Source: Oikopleura dioica
Taxonomy: Eukaryota; Animalia; Chordata
Reading direction: 5' to 3'
NCBI GenBank assembly: GCA_907165135.1
Contig: OU015569.1
Coordinates: 8,494,001 to 8,558,000, forward strand
Length of the DNA: 64,000 nucleotides
In this document: piece by piece, positions 48,935 to 60,894 of the stretch
How the letters are laid out: each line of letters starts with the position of its first letter
Numbering within the stretch: the stretch's first letter is position 1
The notes under the pieces: model-generated
What the model saw: only the letters and a program-made list of their open reading frames with translations
Told to the model about the DNA's origin: nothing
The model's database searches: none
Position numbers and translations under genes: made by a program

Positions 48935-49618
48935 ATGAATCGTGACGAATTCTATAAAGCGCTCGTGGCCGACTTTGTAGCACTCATTGGCGAGTCCGAT
49001 GATGTTATTTCCAATACAGCAAATCTTTCCTCTCTCATATTCACGCGCCTCAGGGCTCAATATGGCAACGGATTCAAATATCTATCCTAATCTCCAGCTA
49101 CTTCTAGTTTGCAATTTTATATTCGCTGTTTTTAATTCGCATCAGAGAGGATGCAACTAACTGGGCCGGTTTTTATTTCCGATCTTGCGAAGACCAGCTT
49201 AAACTTGGACCGTTTTGTGGAGAACCTGCCTGTCAATTGTTGCGATTTAACAAGGGTGTCTGTGGAGCAGCGGCGAGGGATAAAAAGACCTTGCTTGTTG
49301 AAGACGTTCATGAATTTCCAGGACACGTTGCGTGTGATGAGCGAAGCAATTCGGAGCTCGTTGTTCCAATTTTCTTTTCACCGAAGGGTAAAAGCCCCAT
49401 CGTAATTGGGGTTTTAGGAAATGGTCAAGAAATTCTAACGTGTTAACCTATTTTAAAGCATCACAAAGACTGCTTAAAAAGACATGGACTCTCCTAAAAT
49501 CGGAGGCTTCTCTGAGGTTGATCAGAAATACTGCGAGAAGCTGGTGAAGGTTCTCGAAGAACGATGTGATTTTCAAAGAATTCTTGACTATTACAATCTC
49601 AAAACCGATCCGCTCTAG
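48935..49618 (+). CDS. msrC: Free methionine-R-sulfoxide reductase (fRMsr/MsrC, stand-alone GAF domain)
   Basis: NTANLSSLIF, NWAGFY, LGPFCGEPAC, KGVCG, VEDVHEFPGHVACD, SELVVP, GVLDMDSP, FSEVDQ; three exons. Confidence 0.93.
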
Positions 49619-49667
49619 ATTATTAACGAAGTAAAAACTTGTTTTCACATAAACGCCTAGTATTAGA

Positions 49668-50663
49668 ATGGATATAATTTGTGCCGGATTCCCTAAAACT
49701 GCGACTAAATCTTGCTCCGCAGCTCTCCGAGAAATAGGCTTCAATGTTGCTGATATGAGGGAGACATTCTTGCATCTTATGCCAGTCTTTGACAAGTATT
49801 TCAAAGGACAAGCAACAATAGAAGATGTGATCAGCGAGTATGAAAATATAAAATGCACTGTTAATCAAGATTGGCCTGGAAATATGCTCTGGGAGGAACT
49901 CTACAGGGCATCTCCCCATGCAAAAGTTATTCTGACAGGTTGGCAAAATCTCCATCGCCATAACTCTAATCCGGTTCAAATAAAGTACGAAAAAATGATA
50001 AAGAGTGGTTCGACAGCCTCATCAAGTTCATGATTGCGGAGCGTTCTGCCTGTGGCAATTTTCCCTGGTACTTTTTGAGCATGAAATTTCTCGACTGGGG
50101 GTTCTTGGGAAAAACTTTTCACTTATCTGGTTAGAATAAATGTAATGTAGCAATTTATCGGATAAACATAGATTGGATCGCACGAGAAAAAATGGAGCTT
50201 TACCTACCCGGAGTATTTTATTGGGAACGTAGTTGGACTTGGGAAACATCGATCGAAAATATCAAGAAAAATGAAAATGTCCTCCGCCAAGCTTACAGAA
50301 AACATATTGCTTATGTAAAAAGCGTGGTCCCAGCTGATCGTCTTCTAATTTGGGATTTATCAACTGGCTGGCAGCCTTTGTGTGATTTTCTCAAGGTCGA
50401 AGTCCCTCTCAGTCCAATTCCAAAGGTCGATAAATAAGCTAAATATTCTTCTCAGTGCATTTTAGGTCAACAAAACTGGGGACAATTATTTAATGGCAGA
50501 AATGGGGGATGTCTTCAAAGAAGTGCTGCCAGAGTTCGGAAGAAAAAAGAATTTTTTTTATGCATCAATAGCTATTCTTACTGCAGCAGCTGTATACCCA
50601 CTCATAAGAAAAGCTGATCTTCTGTCGATGAACAATAGCTTGGCGGTCTTATTCCGGAAATAA
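49668..50663 (+). CDS. P-loop sulfotransferase-like protein (Sulfotransfer_4-type) with a C-terminal hydrophobic anchor
   Basis: IICAGFPKTATKS (5'-PSB-like), LYRASPHAKVILTVR...WFDS, VKSVVPADRLL, GWQPLCDFL, PIPKVN. Confidence 0.85.
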
Positions 50664-51256
50664 AAATGACTTTTGATTGACATACTAATAAGATAAACGA
50701 CGATATAAATTTCGAGTTTATCCATTATTTATTTTCCCTAATCTCTCCCGGTGCCTTATTATAATAAATGATATGATGACAATGCACCAGCCGATAATTA
50801 GTGCTCATGATCGGATTAGAGACGCTATTTTGAGAACACATTGCCAAAATTATATTCTCTTCGAAATACCGAAACCGATTCCTAAAAGAAACTGAGCAAA
50901 CGCCGTTGGTATCTTCCTGTCGAAATTTTGCATGTTGACTTGATAAGAGACTCTGAAACTTGTATTACAAATCACTCAAAAACCTAGTTATTACTTTGTC
51001 ATTTTGAAGGTTTGCTAAGGAAAAGAAATTAGTGTGTCTGATAACTTGGTGCTCCAAATGCGTGACAAATTCGAATAAATTTTTAAAGAAATTAAACACT
51101 TACCTGTTGGAGCGAGTTCTTTTCACTCAAGTGAACAAAACTGTCACATTTGCAGATCGAGTTACTGATATGTCCCGTGCACTATGGAATTGTTAAAAAT
51201 ATGGCATGTAATGCAGCCAACGTAGAGCCACTTCGTTTGTGTTTTTGCCGATTAGC

Positions 51257-52560
51257 ATGCTTATAATGTCGGATTTCGCCGTCAATCCGGTGGCGCCCTT
51301 GGAAGCAAGGAACGGTGTTACTGCAGAGTTCAATAGAGAAATCATTCGCGTGACTATCAAGAGCGACGATGAAGTTTTTGCATTTCTTAGGAACTGGTTA
51401 ATAGAAAACAAAGAGATTGGAATCATCGAAGAGTAGCGCTTCGTCTTTCGGGAATTCGCTTGATTTTTCTTTGCAATAAAAGTAGTAAGTAACCACTCAA
51501 AAGCACTTGGAAAAGCACAAGAAATCGTTGAGATTGATGGAGACTCCACGAACGCCGTAACCATGTTTCAAATTTTTGAAGAAAGTTATTTTATTTTATC
51601 GCAAAAGTTGATGATTGTTGATGATTTTCGAGAGATTTTCAAATGAGCAAAAAATAACTCGATGTGAAGACAAATTTGGAATTCCGTTGGAGAACATCGA
51701 TGACTCGCGGAGCTCGTTGGACTCGCGCTTGCGCGTTGGCAGAAAACTTTCTGATAGCAATTCTGCTAACGAACGCCGTCAGGCCTTAATAAGAATCATG
51801 TTTAATGTTTTAAGCGGACGTAATAGAAACAACAAGTCATTTATTCGAGAGTTGTTCAATTATGGCTGCCACTGTTACCCGGGTGGTTCAAAGAACATCC
51901 TAAAAAGCGGAAGAGGAAAGCCGCTGGATACGATTGATGAGTATTGCCGACAGCACAAAATCTGCTACAAAGTATGCTTGCCTTGATCAAGGAGAGTTAT
52001 GAAAGCTTTAAGTGTATCAATTCGATCTTTAACGATGGACAATGGAATGGTGAAGAGTCGCGTTGCAACCCGGCCGAGAGCTCATACAAAATGATCGCGA
52101 ATATGTCAGCGTACACAGTTAAGTGTAGTGAGGACCAAAACCCATGCAGGAAAGCCATTTGCGAGTGCGACTTGCATTATGCTGAGCAAGTGACAAGTCT
52201 CGATTTCGAAGCAAATCATAACCCGGCTTATCTTCAAAGGAACGTATCAAAAAATATATTAAAATTATATCCTGGAAAATTGTTCAATACGGAAAAAAGA
52301 AACGGGTTCGATTACGATTCTAGCTGCATCAAACGTGGAAACTACCAAGGCGAACATCAATGCTGTGGAGATCGTAACAGCTTCCCTTATCCGTACGTGA
52401 ATAATTTCTTTTGAGAGCTTCACACGTTTTCAGACAAATTATGACAAAGCAGAAGAGCGAGTGCTGTTCGACGGTGGCTTTCAACCCTAATCGCGAGGAA
52501 TGCTGCTACGAAAACGTTGTTGCGAAAATAGGAAAATGCGATACTCAAGGCCCATACTAA
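51257..52560 (+). CDS. Secreted phospholipase A2-like protein (Lys in place of the Ca-binding Asp); 5' end uncertain
   Basis: NYGCHC...GKPLDTIDEYCRQHKICYKC, CRKAICECD, and a C-terminal Cys-rich tail (CCG...CC...CC). Confidence 0.75.
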
Positions 52561-53538
52561 ATTACGGTAGTATTACTAATTACCGTCACTTGCGCGTGAA
52601 TTCAGACTTATTTAGTCACGCTTCGAGCAATAAAACTGTACAGCATTTTGATGCGTCTTACGATAAGATGAGTTTCTATAATACATGTATATTTCATTTG
52701 TAAAGCCACTGCTTCCTTACCAAATCGTTTTTATTCTTGCCGTCGGAAATAAAATTTTTGAAATAACTGAAAACGTCACAATTTACAGAACTATTTTTAA
52801 TTTCTCATATTGTACAGATTGACAGACTATTCGAAGATAATGCATCATAAGTTCATAACTCAATCGGAAGAACTCGTTCTCCAGGATTTTCTATAGAGTC
52901 AAATTCTCCCTCAGAGTCCCAGTCAAAGTCCAACTCGGATTCAAAGTCTGAGGCAAGATCTTCTGAGCGAAGAACATCAGATGCTTCAACTCGAATGTAG
53001 ATGCCGAATTGATTTCCAGCAGATGTCGTCTTGTATAGCGCGTAAGAAGCAATCAACCCTAAGCGCGTATCAAAATATTTAGCTCAAATACTTCTAGCTG
53101 CAGTACCAAAAACTAGGGGAGCTAAAACGTCTGCGTAGCTATAAAAAATCGACATATGAATAGTTTGCGATGTTTTTCTTTAACTAGCATCTGAAAAATA
53201 ATCAGATTTAAATTCATGTTGTATTCTAGAGCTTCACTGTTGTTCGGATAAAATAGTGGGATTCTCAAATCGACGAGTTATTGGCAATAACTTATTGCTT
53301 GATAGGTTGGTTCCCTCCGTGAGTTTAATGCACAAACACTCTCTCACGTGTCAATGCTTTAGTTTCTCGATCATCGATCGCTTTTTTCAAAAATATTCTG
53401 GTCCCATGGAGCGATATGCGAAGTCTTCGATGCCCTGCTCGCATGATGGGAGATTACATGATAAATAACATTAGTTTAGTTTCATTATTTTTTTACTAAC
53501 AAGAAGACTGTTACCACAGTAAAAAAGATGCACAGAGC

Positions 53539-55318
53539 TTATTTCTGAGATTCAGCCTTCGCAGACTTCTCGTTTTCTTCCTGGGATTTGCCAGCGTTGG
53601 CCTCCAGAACATCCTCTTTCTCTGAAAATACAGATTTAGATCCTAGTTAGAATGAAAAGTTTACCTTCGGGAGCTTCAGGAGCCTTCATCGTGTTCTCCC
53701 CTTCATCAGCGGGGGAAGGAATCACTTGACCCAAGGATTCGGGAAGTTGTGGGTCTTCTTCTACAAAAATAGTACAATTAAATTATTTGACACGTTTTTC
53801 CATTACCTTCGCCAAAGAGGGAGGAGCCAGTCTGAGAAAATGAATCCTGGTGAGCTTTCTTCGGGCTAGTTTGAGTTCCCTCGTTGATTCGCTGGTAGGG
53901 GTTTCCCGTTCGCGCTCGTTTCTTCGCCATCTTGCCAGATCGAAGTGGGTGACGACGGATTCGGTTGGCCCAACTCCCGCAGAGTGTGAACGTGCAGGAG
54001 GGGTCAAGCTGAGTGAAGGAGATGCAAGGGACCACGCCGCCGGTGTGAACTCCTGCAGAGACTGCTCGTGGGCCCAAGTTGGCGCAAGTCTCGGTGTGAG
54101 TCCTTGAGTAAACAGTAATTAGGTGCATGTTGAGCCGGAAATCAAGATCAAGCTCAGCCTGGATAATCTTCAAAAATGAAGATATGGAAGACTAAAAATT
54201 AGAAGTCTCTGAAAACTTCCATGATAGGGTAAAATTTGATTCTGATTTTGATGCCGCTATCGTTAAAGTCTTTTGATGTAAGATTTTTGAAATAAATCAC
54301 TTCCAATTATTATCAGCTGCTTAAATCAAAGTAACTTTCTTAATTGCTTCCGGTTGGAAGATTTGAAAAACAGCTGAAGAAAGAACAGAAATCATGATTT
54401 TTATAAGGAAAAGCTTCATTTTTCTTTCGTTCAAAATGTGTGATTACCAGAAAATAGCAGATACTTTACCGATTTCGAAGATAACTGATATTTCACTCAT
54501 CAAACTTTTTTGAAAATGAATTGTTCTTGTTTGAATCTTCGCAAAAAAACTTGAATTTTTGACATAAGAAACACATTCCAACTCCACAATCGTAATCAGC
54601 ACTAAATTTTACCATAGTAGGTATGTTTTCAGAAAATTCCATATTTTCTGTCTTCCATATCTTCATTTTTGAAGATTATCCAGGCTGAGCTTGATCTTGA
54701 TTTCCGGCTCAACATGCACCTAATTACTGTTTACTCAAGGACTCACACCGAGACTTGCGCCAACTTGGGCCCACGAGCAGTCTCTGCAGGAGTTCACACC
54801 GGCGGCGTGGTCCCTTGCATCTCCTTCACTCAGCTTGACCCCTCCTGCACGTTCACACTCTGCGGGAGTTGGGCCAACCGAATCCGTTTTCCCCCATCGA
54901 AGTTGATAGCCTAAACGAGGAGTTTTTATTCAAGAAAATAAAAAATATATTAGGGATACCTTCTTGGGAGGAAGGATTAGTGGAAGCATCGTCCCAAAAT
55001 CTCCAGCCCTCTACATCAAAACCACCGCAGTCTACACGGGAGTTGCCACCGTTCTCAACGATCGCCCCTTCACCGGCGACAGTTTCCTCGTCTGGTTTTT
55101 CTTGGGAAGAAAGCTCCGTCATCTTCTGAGAGAGTTGCTTCACCTCAGCCGTCTAAACAGAAAATAAAAGTAATAAAAATGAAAATTAAAGTGCGAAAAT
55201 TTACCTCAGGTTGCGAACTTGGAGCAGGTTGGGAATCGCTTTTTGGCTGAGCAACTTCCTTGTTTTCCATCTCAGGGACTACCTCAGACTTCTGAGTCAA
55301 TTCTGGCTGAGACCCCAT
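53539..55318 (-). CDS. Orphan low-complexity acidic/charged protein; exon 3 interrupted by a foldback element
   Basis: Five exons join in frame through canonical GT-AG introns once 53947-54895 and one TSD are removed (...SSQEGYQLRSGKMAKKRARTG...AESQK-stop). No homologue recognised. An in-frame TAA at 55391-55393 lies upstream of the chosen ATG. Confidence 0.6.
53947..54895. mobile_element. 949-bp foldback element with 8-bp TSD and GGG termini (Mutator/Merlin-like)
   Basis: TSD ATCGAAGT (53939-53946 and 54896-54903); 238-bp identical inverted arms (53955-54192 and 54650-54887) with a diverged inward extension and an AT-rich core. Confidence 0.88.
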
Positions 55319-55823
55319 CGCTCTGTTTCTTGCTTTTTTGAAGATTTTCGAAAAAACCGATTTGTGAGGTTTTTGAATGATTACGACTGCTTATATAGGC
55401 GATTCCCACGTGGAGTTTTCGGGCCACCATCGCAGTCGCTGGTTGGTATTCTTCACGCCTCTGCTTTTTTTCCCTGGACTCTCCATCGTCCAGGGTAGCT
55501 TTGAAATCGGCTCGAAAATGGCACCTCGCTCGAGTCGCAAGCAAGATTTCTTCAGCCCGAGGTTTCTTTTAATTTTATCACACTTCTTACCGTCAAGTTG
55601 CCGGCGTCAACTCCCAAAAGCAGCTGATTATCAAGCTTTTAATTGCAAAATATCGTACGGTACTTTCTTTTCAATGATTACGCTATTTACGTCGCTGCTT
55701 TCGAAAACCGGCACTCAACGAGATGAAATCATTTCGAAACCCTGTTTTCGGAATTGAGCAATTTATTAGATATTTAGAAGAAATTTCAGAAAGTAAAATC
55801 AAAAGGAAGTGTTGCGTTGAGGG

Positions 55824-57480
55824 TCACATTCTTTTCGTGAGGCAAAGTCGCTGGCCATACTTGTCCCGAACAATAGGCTGCTCTTTCTTTTCTGGCTGGC
55901 CTTGAAAGCCGTTGACTTGGATTTTACCGGCTAAAATTTATGATAAGTTTTAGTCGAAACCTAAATTTAGGAATTACCGTTGCGTCCGATTTTTGTAGTA
56001 ACTTTCGTCTGTTTAAGAGGAATCGTTTGTTTTCCAATGATCTAAGAACGGAATAAATAAATGAAAATCGGAAAACTAAATCTTACCAATTGGTTGCCCC
56101 TCAGCATCGTTGAAGTTGCGATGGGCTTTGCGAGTTTTCCCCGCTGAGTGGTTGTTTTCGATGCGACTTGCTGTCTTTGAGTAGATGCTCTGGTTGTCCT
56201 TCGTTTTTTCGCCACCGGTGCATCAGGTGATTTGCGAGCTCTTTTGCGGGTCATCATTGTGTCTGCCACTTGAATTGCGTGGGGCTGAGCGCTGTTTTCG
56301 GACTCAGACGTTGGCGCCTCCCACGGCGAGGACTCGACTAGCTGGAGATCGACAGGGTCGTTGCTCTGGAAATGTGTAAAATGAGATAGCGAAGGGTCGA
56401 CGGGGCTGCTTTGAGAGGGTCGGAGTTGAAATTGAGATGCATCGATCATCTCAACTGGGCTAGGGGCTTCACTTTCCAGCTGAACATCGTGCTGACTGTA
56501 GCTCTGGATAAAGTCTTTAGTGTAAGGATCGAGCTCGTCTTCAATAAAGTCGAGGGAAGAGAAAGGAAGTGACACTTGACTTTGAGTGTCTTCTGACGGG
56601 CCAAGTTCTTTGTGATCGGTGGACTCTACGGCAAGAGGCGTTTGCGTTGATGCTGATCCTAACTGGTAGTAAGCTCTCTCCCGCTTGGTTTCGTAGAGGG
56701 ACTCATCGCTGCAATTGTAGTGAATAGAATCGTAGTTGCCTGAACTTTCAGTAGGACAGGAGAGTTGCAATTGATCTTGATCTGGCAGTGGTTGTTCGTT
56801 TTCGTCATGTGTAGGCTGTACCTTCCTTTTTTTGTGGGGATCACGCACGATTTGTACTCGAAGAGAAGGAAGTGACTCGTCACGCGGAGGACCGCTTAGA
56901 AGTGGCACGCGCGAACATTGCTTCGAAAATGCTTGCACGAGCAGATCTCCTTCAGTGAGTCTATCCGTCTCGGAGGGCACGGGCGTTGAGACTCGTGAGA
57001 TCAGGGGCGCGTCACAATTATACGGAATCAACGAGGAGGACACAGTGGGTGTGTTGCTGCTGGGAGGAGAATGGAATGTGGCGTGAGGAAAGGGAGTGTT
57101 CGGAGCTGGCTGGAGTTCGACGGTTTTAGGCTTTCGCGCTCGACCAGTTGGAGTAAGGCGGTAACTTTTGGTCTGGGGCTGAGTGGTTTCAATATTTATC
57201 TCTTCACTGACAGAGCTGGGCATCTGGGCTTCGTCGACAGTATTCCAAGCTTCATTAGAAGCGTCGTTCGACGACGAATTAGGACTAGCACAGACGCTGC
57301 CTGAGTCGGAAGCGGTTGATTTTGTTGGGAATGGTGGAGTTCGATTATGCTCGCGCATGTGTTGGAGAAGAGCTGATCGGTCTCCTGTCCCCCAATTGCA
57401 AATCTTGCAAATGTGTGAAGAGCAGACAATTGTCGCAGGTGCTCGAGTCCAATTCGTAGTAGACAATGGAAGACTTGCAA
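55824..57480 (-). CDS. Orphan protein with one C2H2 zinc finger and a long S/P/Q/T-rich disordered region; 5' exon(s) unresolved
   Basis: 474-codon ORF with CKICNWGTGDRSALLQHMREH (C-x2-C-x12-H-x3-H). Two further small exons join in frame to TGA 55824-55826. Confidence 0.65.
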
Positions 57481-59371
57481 CTAAGAAAAAATAGTTTAGC
57501 CAAGTGTACCAGAATTATGTTTTCTATTTTTCTTATAAAGAAAAATCTTTATTAATTTACAGTTTTTGCCACATTAAAACAGTGTTTTTCTTTATTTAGC
57601 TTAGGGGCGCACCTTCTCAAAATGGAAGGCTTGTTTCAGCTCTTCCCTGTTGGTCAGATGCTCGGGCTAGTAGTGGGAGAGTTAGCCATCACTTTCTCAA
57701 GTTTTTTTCCCGACTGTAAATTTATCGCTCTTACTACGCTCCGTTTCAAACTGGTCGACTGGTCTGGTAAAATAGTTTTTATAACATCAACAAAACATGG
57801 ATAGTCCATTAGTTCTGCTGCCTTAGATTTATTTATCATTTGGGTAGTCGTTAGGTGAAGACCCTGGCTTAGTCAAAATATTCTAGTGGATGAGACGTCT
57901 TTAAGTGAGTTTCTTTTCTCTAGAAAACACGTACCTGTTTCGCTCATTTAAGCTTTTCGACGATTTGTGTTGAATATTCTCGATGTAGAGATTTCGGCGT
58001 TTTGTCGAAAATTCACGATCAAAGTTAGGGGTTTGAGAAAGGATGGTGGTTTTAAAACCGACCTAGGAAATATGTCGCTGTATTCAGAGATGCTTTGCCT
58101 AGTCTCGATGGGCGCCTACGCCACAAAAGCGCAATCGAACCACGGTCGCCCACACAGCTTGTGGCTCGGGCCAGAAGCTAGGGAAATCGTAGCGCGATTC
58201 AGCGATCTTTTTCCTAGCGCGCTCGTTCACACGGCTGCCCGTCCAGCGTGAAACCGATCTCACCAAGCTACCACACTGCACGGGCCCGATTGAGCCATTG
58301 CTCCCATTAGACCCACATTGAAGAATTTAGCGTCCTCGTTTTCAACAAACGAATCAAACAATATTTACGATTACGATTTAAGGAGATATGAAGTTTATGA
58401 AATATACATTTAACGGCTTACGAATGAAAGGTTGAATATCTATGAATTTAAATAATTATTGAGACTAATCAATAAACTCAGTTGCAGCTAATGATTTCCA
58501 TATGGCAGCAGGAAGGATCCTTCGATACCATAAAAATAATCGGTATTCTTACTTCTTTGCATTCAGAAGAGAAGAATGGTGCAATTTTGAAAGGCCGCAT
58601 TTTAAGTTTAATAAAACTGAACTCACTCTATGACCGCTTTTCAAATGAGTGTAACGCTTTCAAACGGCAAAAATAACTCGTCCTGCGGGATCAGTGAGAC
58701 TCTGAACCCGTGGGACGAAATTGAAATCTTTTCCCACTGCCCCGAGCTCATCCACCACACAAATGTGAAGACTGGCTTTTTAATGTACCATCAATTAGGA
58801 GACAACTTTATTTTTTCCACAATCAATACGAGTGGAATTTATGCATGCAAAATGAAGATTAGATTTCTTCCGCTAAGTTCATTTACATCATAAATATGCT
58901 TCATTCAATAATAGTAAGGTGGGAACAGCTGATTGTTTTGAAAGAGCGGCCGTAGAGGCAGATGTTTATAGCTTGCCTTCTTTTAAACGTTATCTGCCCG
59001 AGATCAACCTTTTGATAAGGCACTAAAATCCTACATCCCGTAAACAGGCGGAAACGTAATAAAACAGGTTGCCTCTTTTTGAAAAAATGTGCGAAGAACC
59101 TGTGCAAAAGAGGGGCAAAAATATTCTCCTTGTTGATGCCGATTCAAAGAAATTGTTGCGCATAAGTCGATGAATTGCGCTCACAGTCAGACCCTGCTAT
59201 TGTAATGTAGCGTTTTATTCTGAGAAAACTGCATTTTCAAATTTCCAACTTAAATTTATTTTCAGGTGATCTCGATAGCTACATGTTTGAAGTTTGAAGA
59301 CAGAGACAAGCAGCATGAAGAAATTAACTAGCTACAGAATATAGAAGTATTTGGACGTTATACCGTATTAC

Positions 59372-60894
59372 TTATACGTGATAACTTTTCACTATTGTTG
59401 TTTTGAAAATATCAAAGAATATCGCGCAGTGATTTGAAGGTACTGAAAAGGGTCTGAATAGCTCGGATACGTTGATGATCCGAAGGCACGCTCGCCTGGA
59501 ATTCTTTTTTCGACTGCTGGCTCGATTTGAGTTCCCTAATGATAATTAATTACTCTCATGTTTAGTCGTCAAACAGATGAGTTAAAAACTAACCTCGTGC
59601 CATTCATTGAACGAGGTAATTGAAATTATTTTTGGTCTGAGTTCGAGTGCAGAATCCCAGTATTTTGTATAGTATTCGCCCTCTGCTCTTGATTTTGAGT
59701 TTTGTTTATTCCATGGTCGAATTGAAGTATCGTCGTAGCCCGGGCCAACTGAGGGGATGAAATCGACGTTATTCCTGGTTAAAACAGAAACAATTCTTCA
59801 ACGGGGCAAATTACACGGAATAGAAATTTTGCTGATTTTGGAGTAGATAAGCTAAGTTGTAAAAATAGTATTCGGGAGCCCATTCCTTCTCCAGTTTTTC
59901 GGAGTACAGCCGAAAGAAAAGTCCAGTGCAGCGAAATAAGAGTACGCAGCGGAAAACTGAGAGGCAATGATGTGTTCGATGTGACCGAACTCGACAAGCA
60001 GGCCGATCGTGTAAGCTGTCTTACTGAGCGACGGGATGACTCTTGAATAAAGTCGATGAATACAAATAAAACCAATAATCTTTGAGGATTAGTAAAACAC
60101 CTCACCTTGCCCATTCCGCAGAATTCACTTGATAAGAGTCGTAAAGATAAAATACTAGCTTCCCGTCGACTTTAGCAGCGCTGGGATGTTTGCTGTATTC
60201 TTTCACGGTAGAGCGGATATCATCAGCAACAGAAAAGGCTGTTCGCCCGTTGTACGGTTCCATGTGAAAAGCGATTTTTATTCCGAATGGCTGGGCTCTC
60301 TCGAGAAGAAGACGCACAACGTGTTCAAAAGGAATCCCGTTGTCATCAGTGCGCCCTTTCGCAAAGTAACTGACCACAAGAGTACCAATCCCGGCTTCCG
60401 CGGCCCACTTAAGATGCTGATCGATAATTTTAGGGTCAGCAGAAGAGTACGGTCCCAGAAAAGGATAGTAAGTTGAGCCTGTTCAGTTTATCGACTGGTT
60501 ATTTTATGAAGTTGGAAATTTTATGAAATAAAAGTTGAATCTCTAAACTGCCTATATCATCAGGAGGTTGATGAACTTTGCCGATAGGATACTGTGCGTT
60601 GACTCTAGCAATCCAATGAGGCAAAACTGGATGATTCCAATGCGACCACTGCCCGTCTACATCTGCAGAAGCATACCAAGGATAATAAAATGCATGGACA
60701 GCCTCGTTCAGATCATACTTGACGGGGACTGGGGTCTCTACCTCCTCTTCCAGCGGTGGAGGCTCGTCGCTAATTATTGAGATACGATTGCGGCGAGACT
60801 TTGAAGCGCCTCGGACACTTTGAAATTGGTAAAGCAAGGTCGTGACTCCGAGGGCGACGCATAAAATAAATGTTCGGAAAGAAATTCGAATCAT
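59372..60894 (-). CDS. MANEA: Glycoprotein endo-alpha-1,2-mannosidase (GH99)
   Basis: Type II anchor, HAFYYPWY, HWNH, PPDDIGSNFYP, FHMEPY, YLYDSY, FIPSVGPGYDDTSIRPWN, ITSFNEWHEGTQIEPA. Confidence 0.96.

Noticed and set aside
30695-54895. Two foldback elements both measure 949 bp with 8-bp TSDs
   Set aside because: No sequence similarity and different termini (TAGGG versus GGG); treated as coincidence.
55391-55486. MESPGKK...RWWPENSTWESPI, resembling a chromodomain ENTWEP motif
   Set aside because: Only 31 codons before an in-frame TAA, and the rest of the chromo fold is absent.
59790-59890. Possible GA-AG intron in MANEA
   Set aside because: Several phase-compatible solutions exist and cannot be chosen without cDNA.
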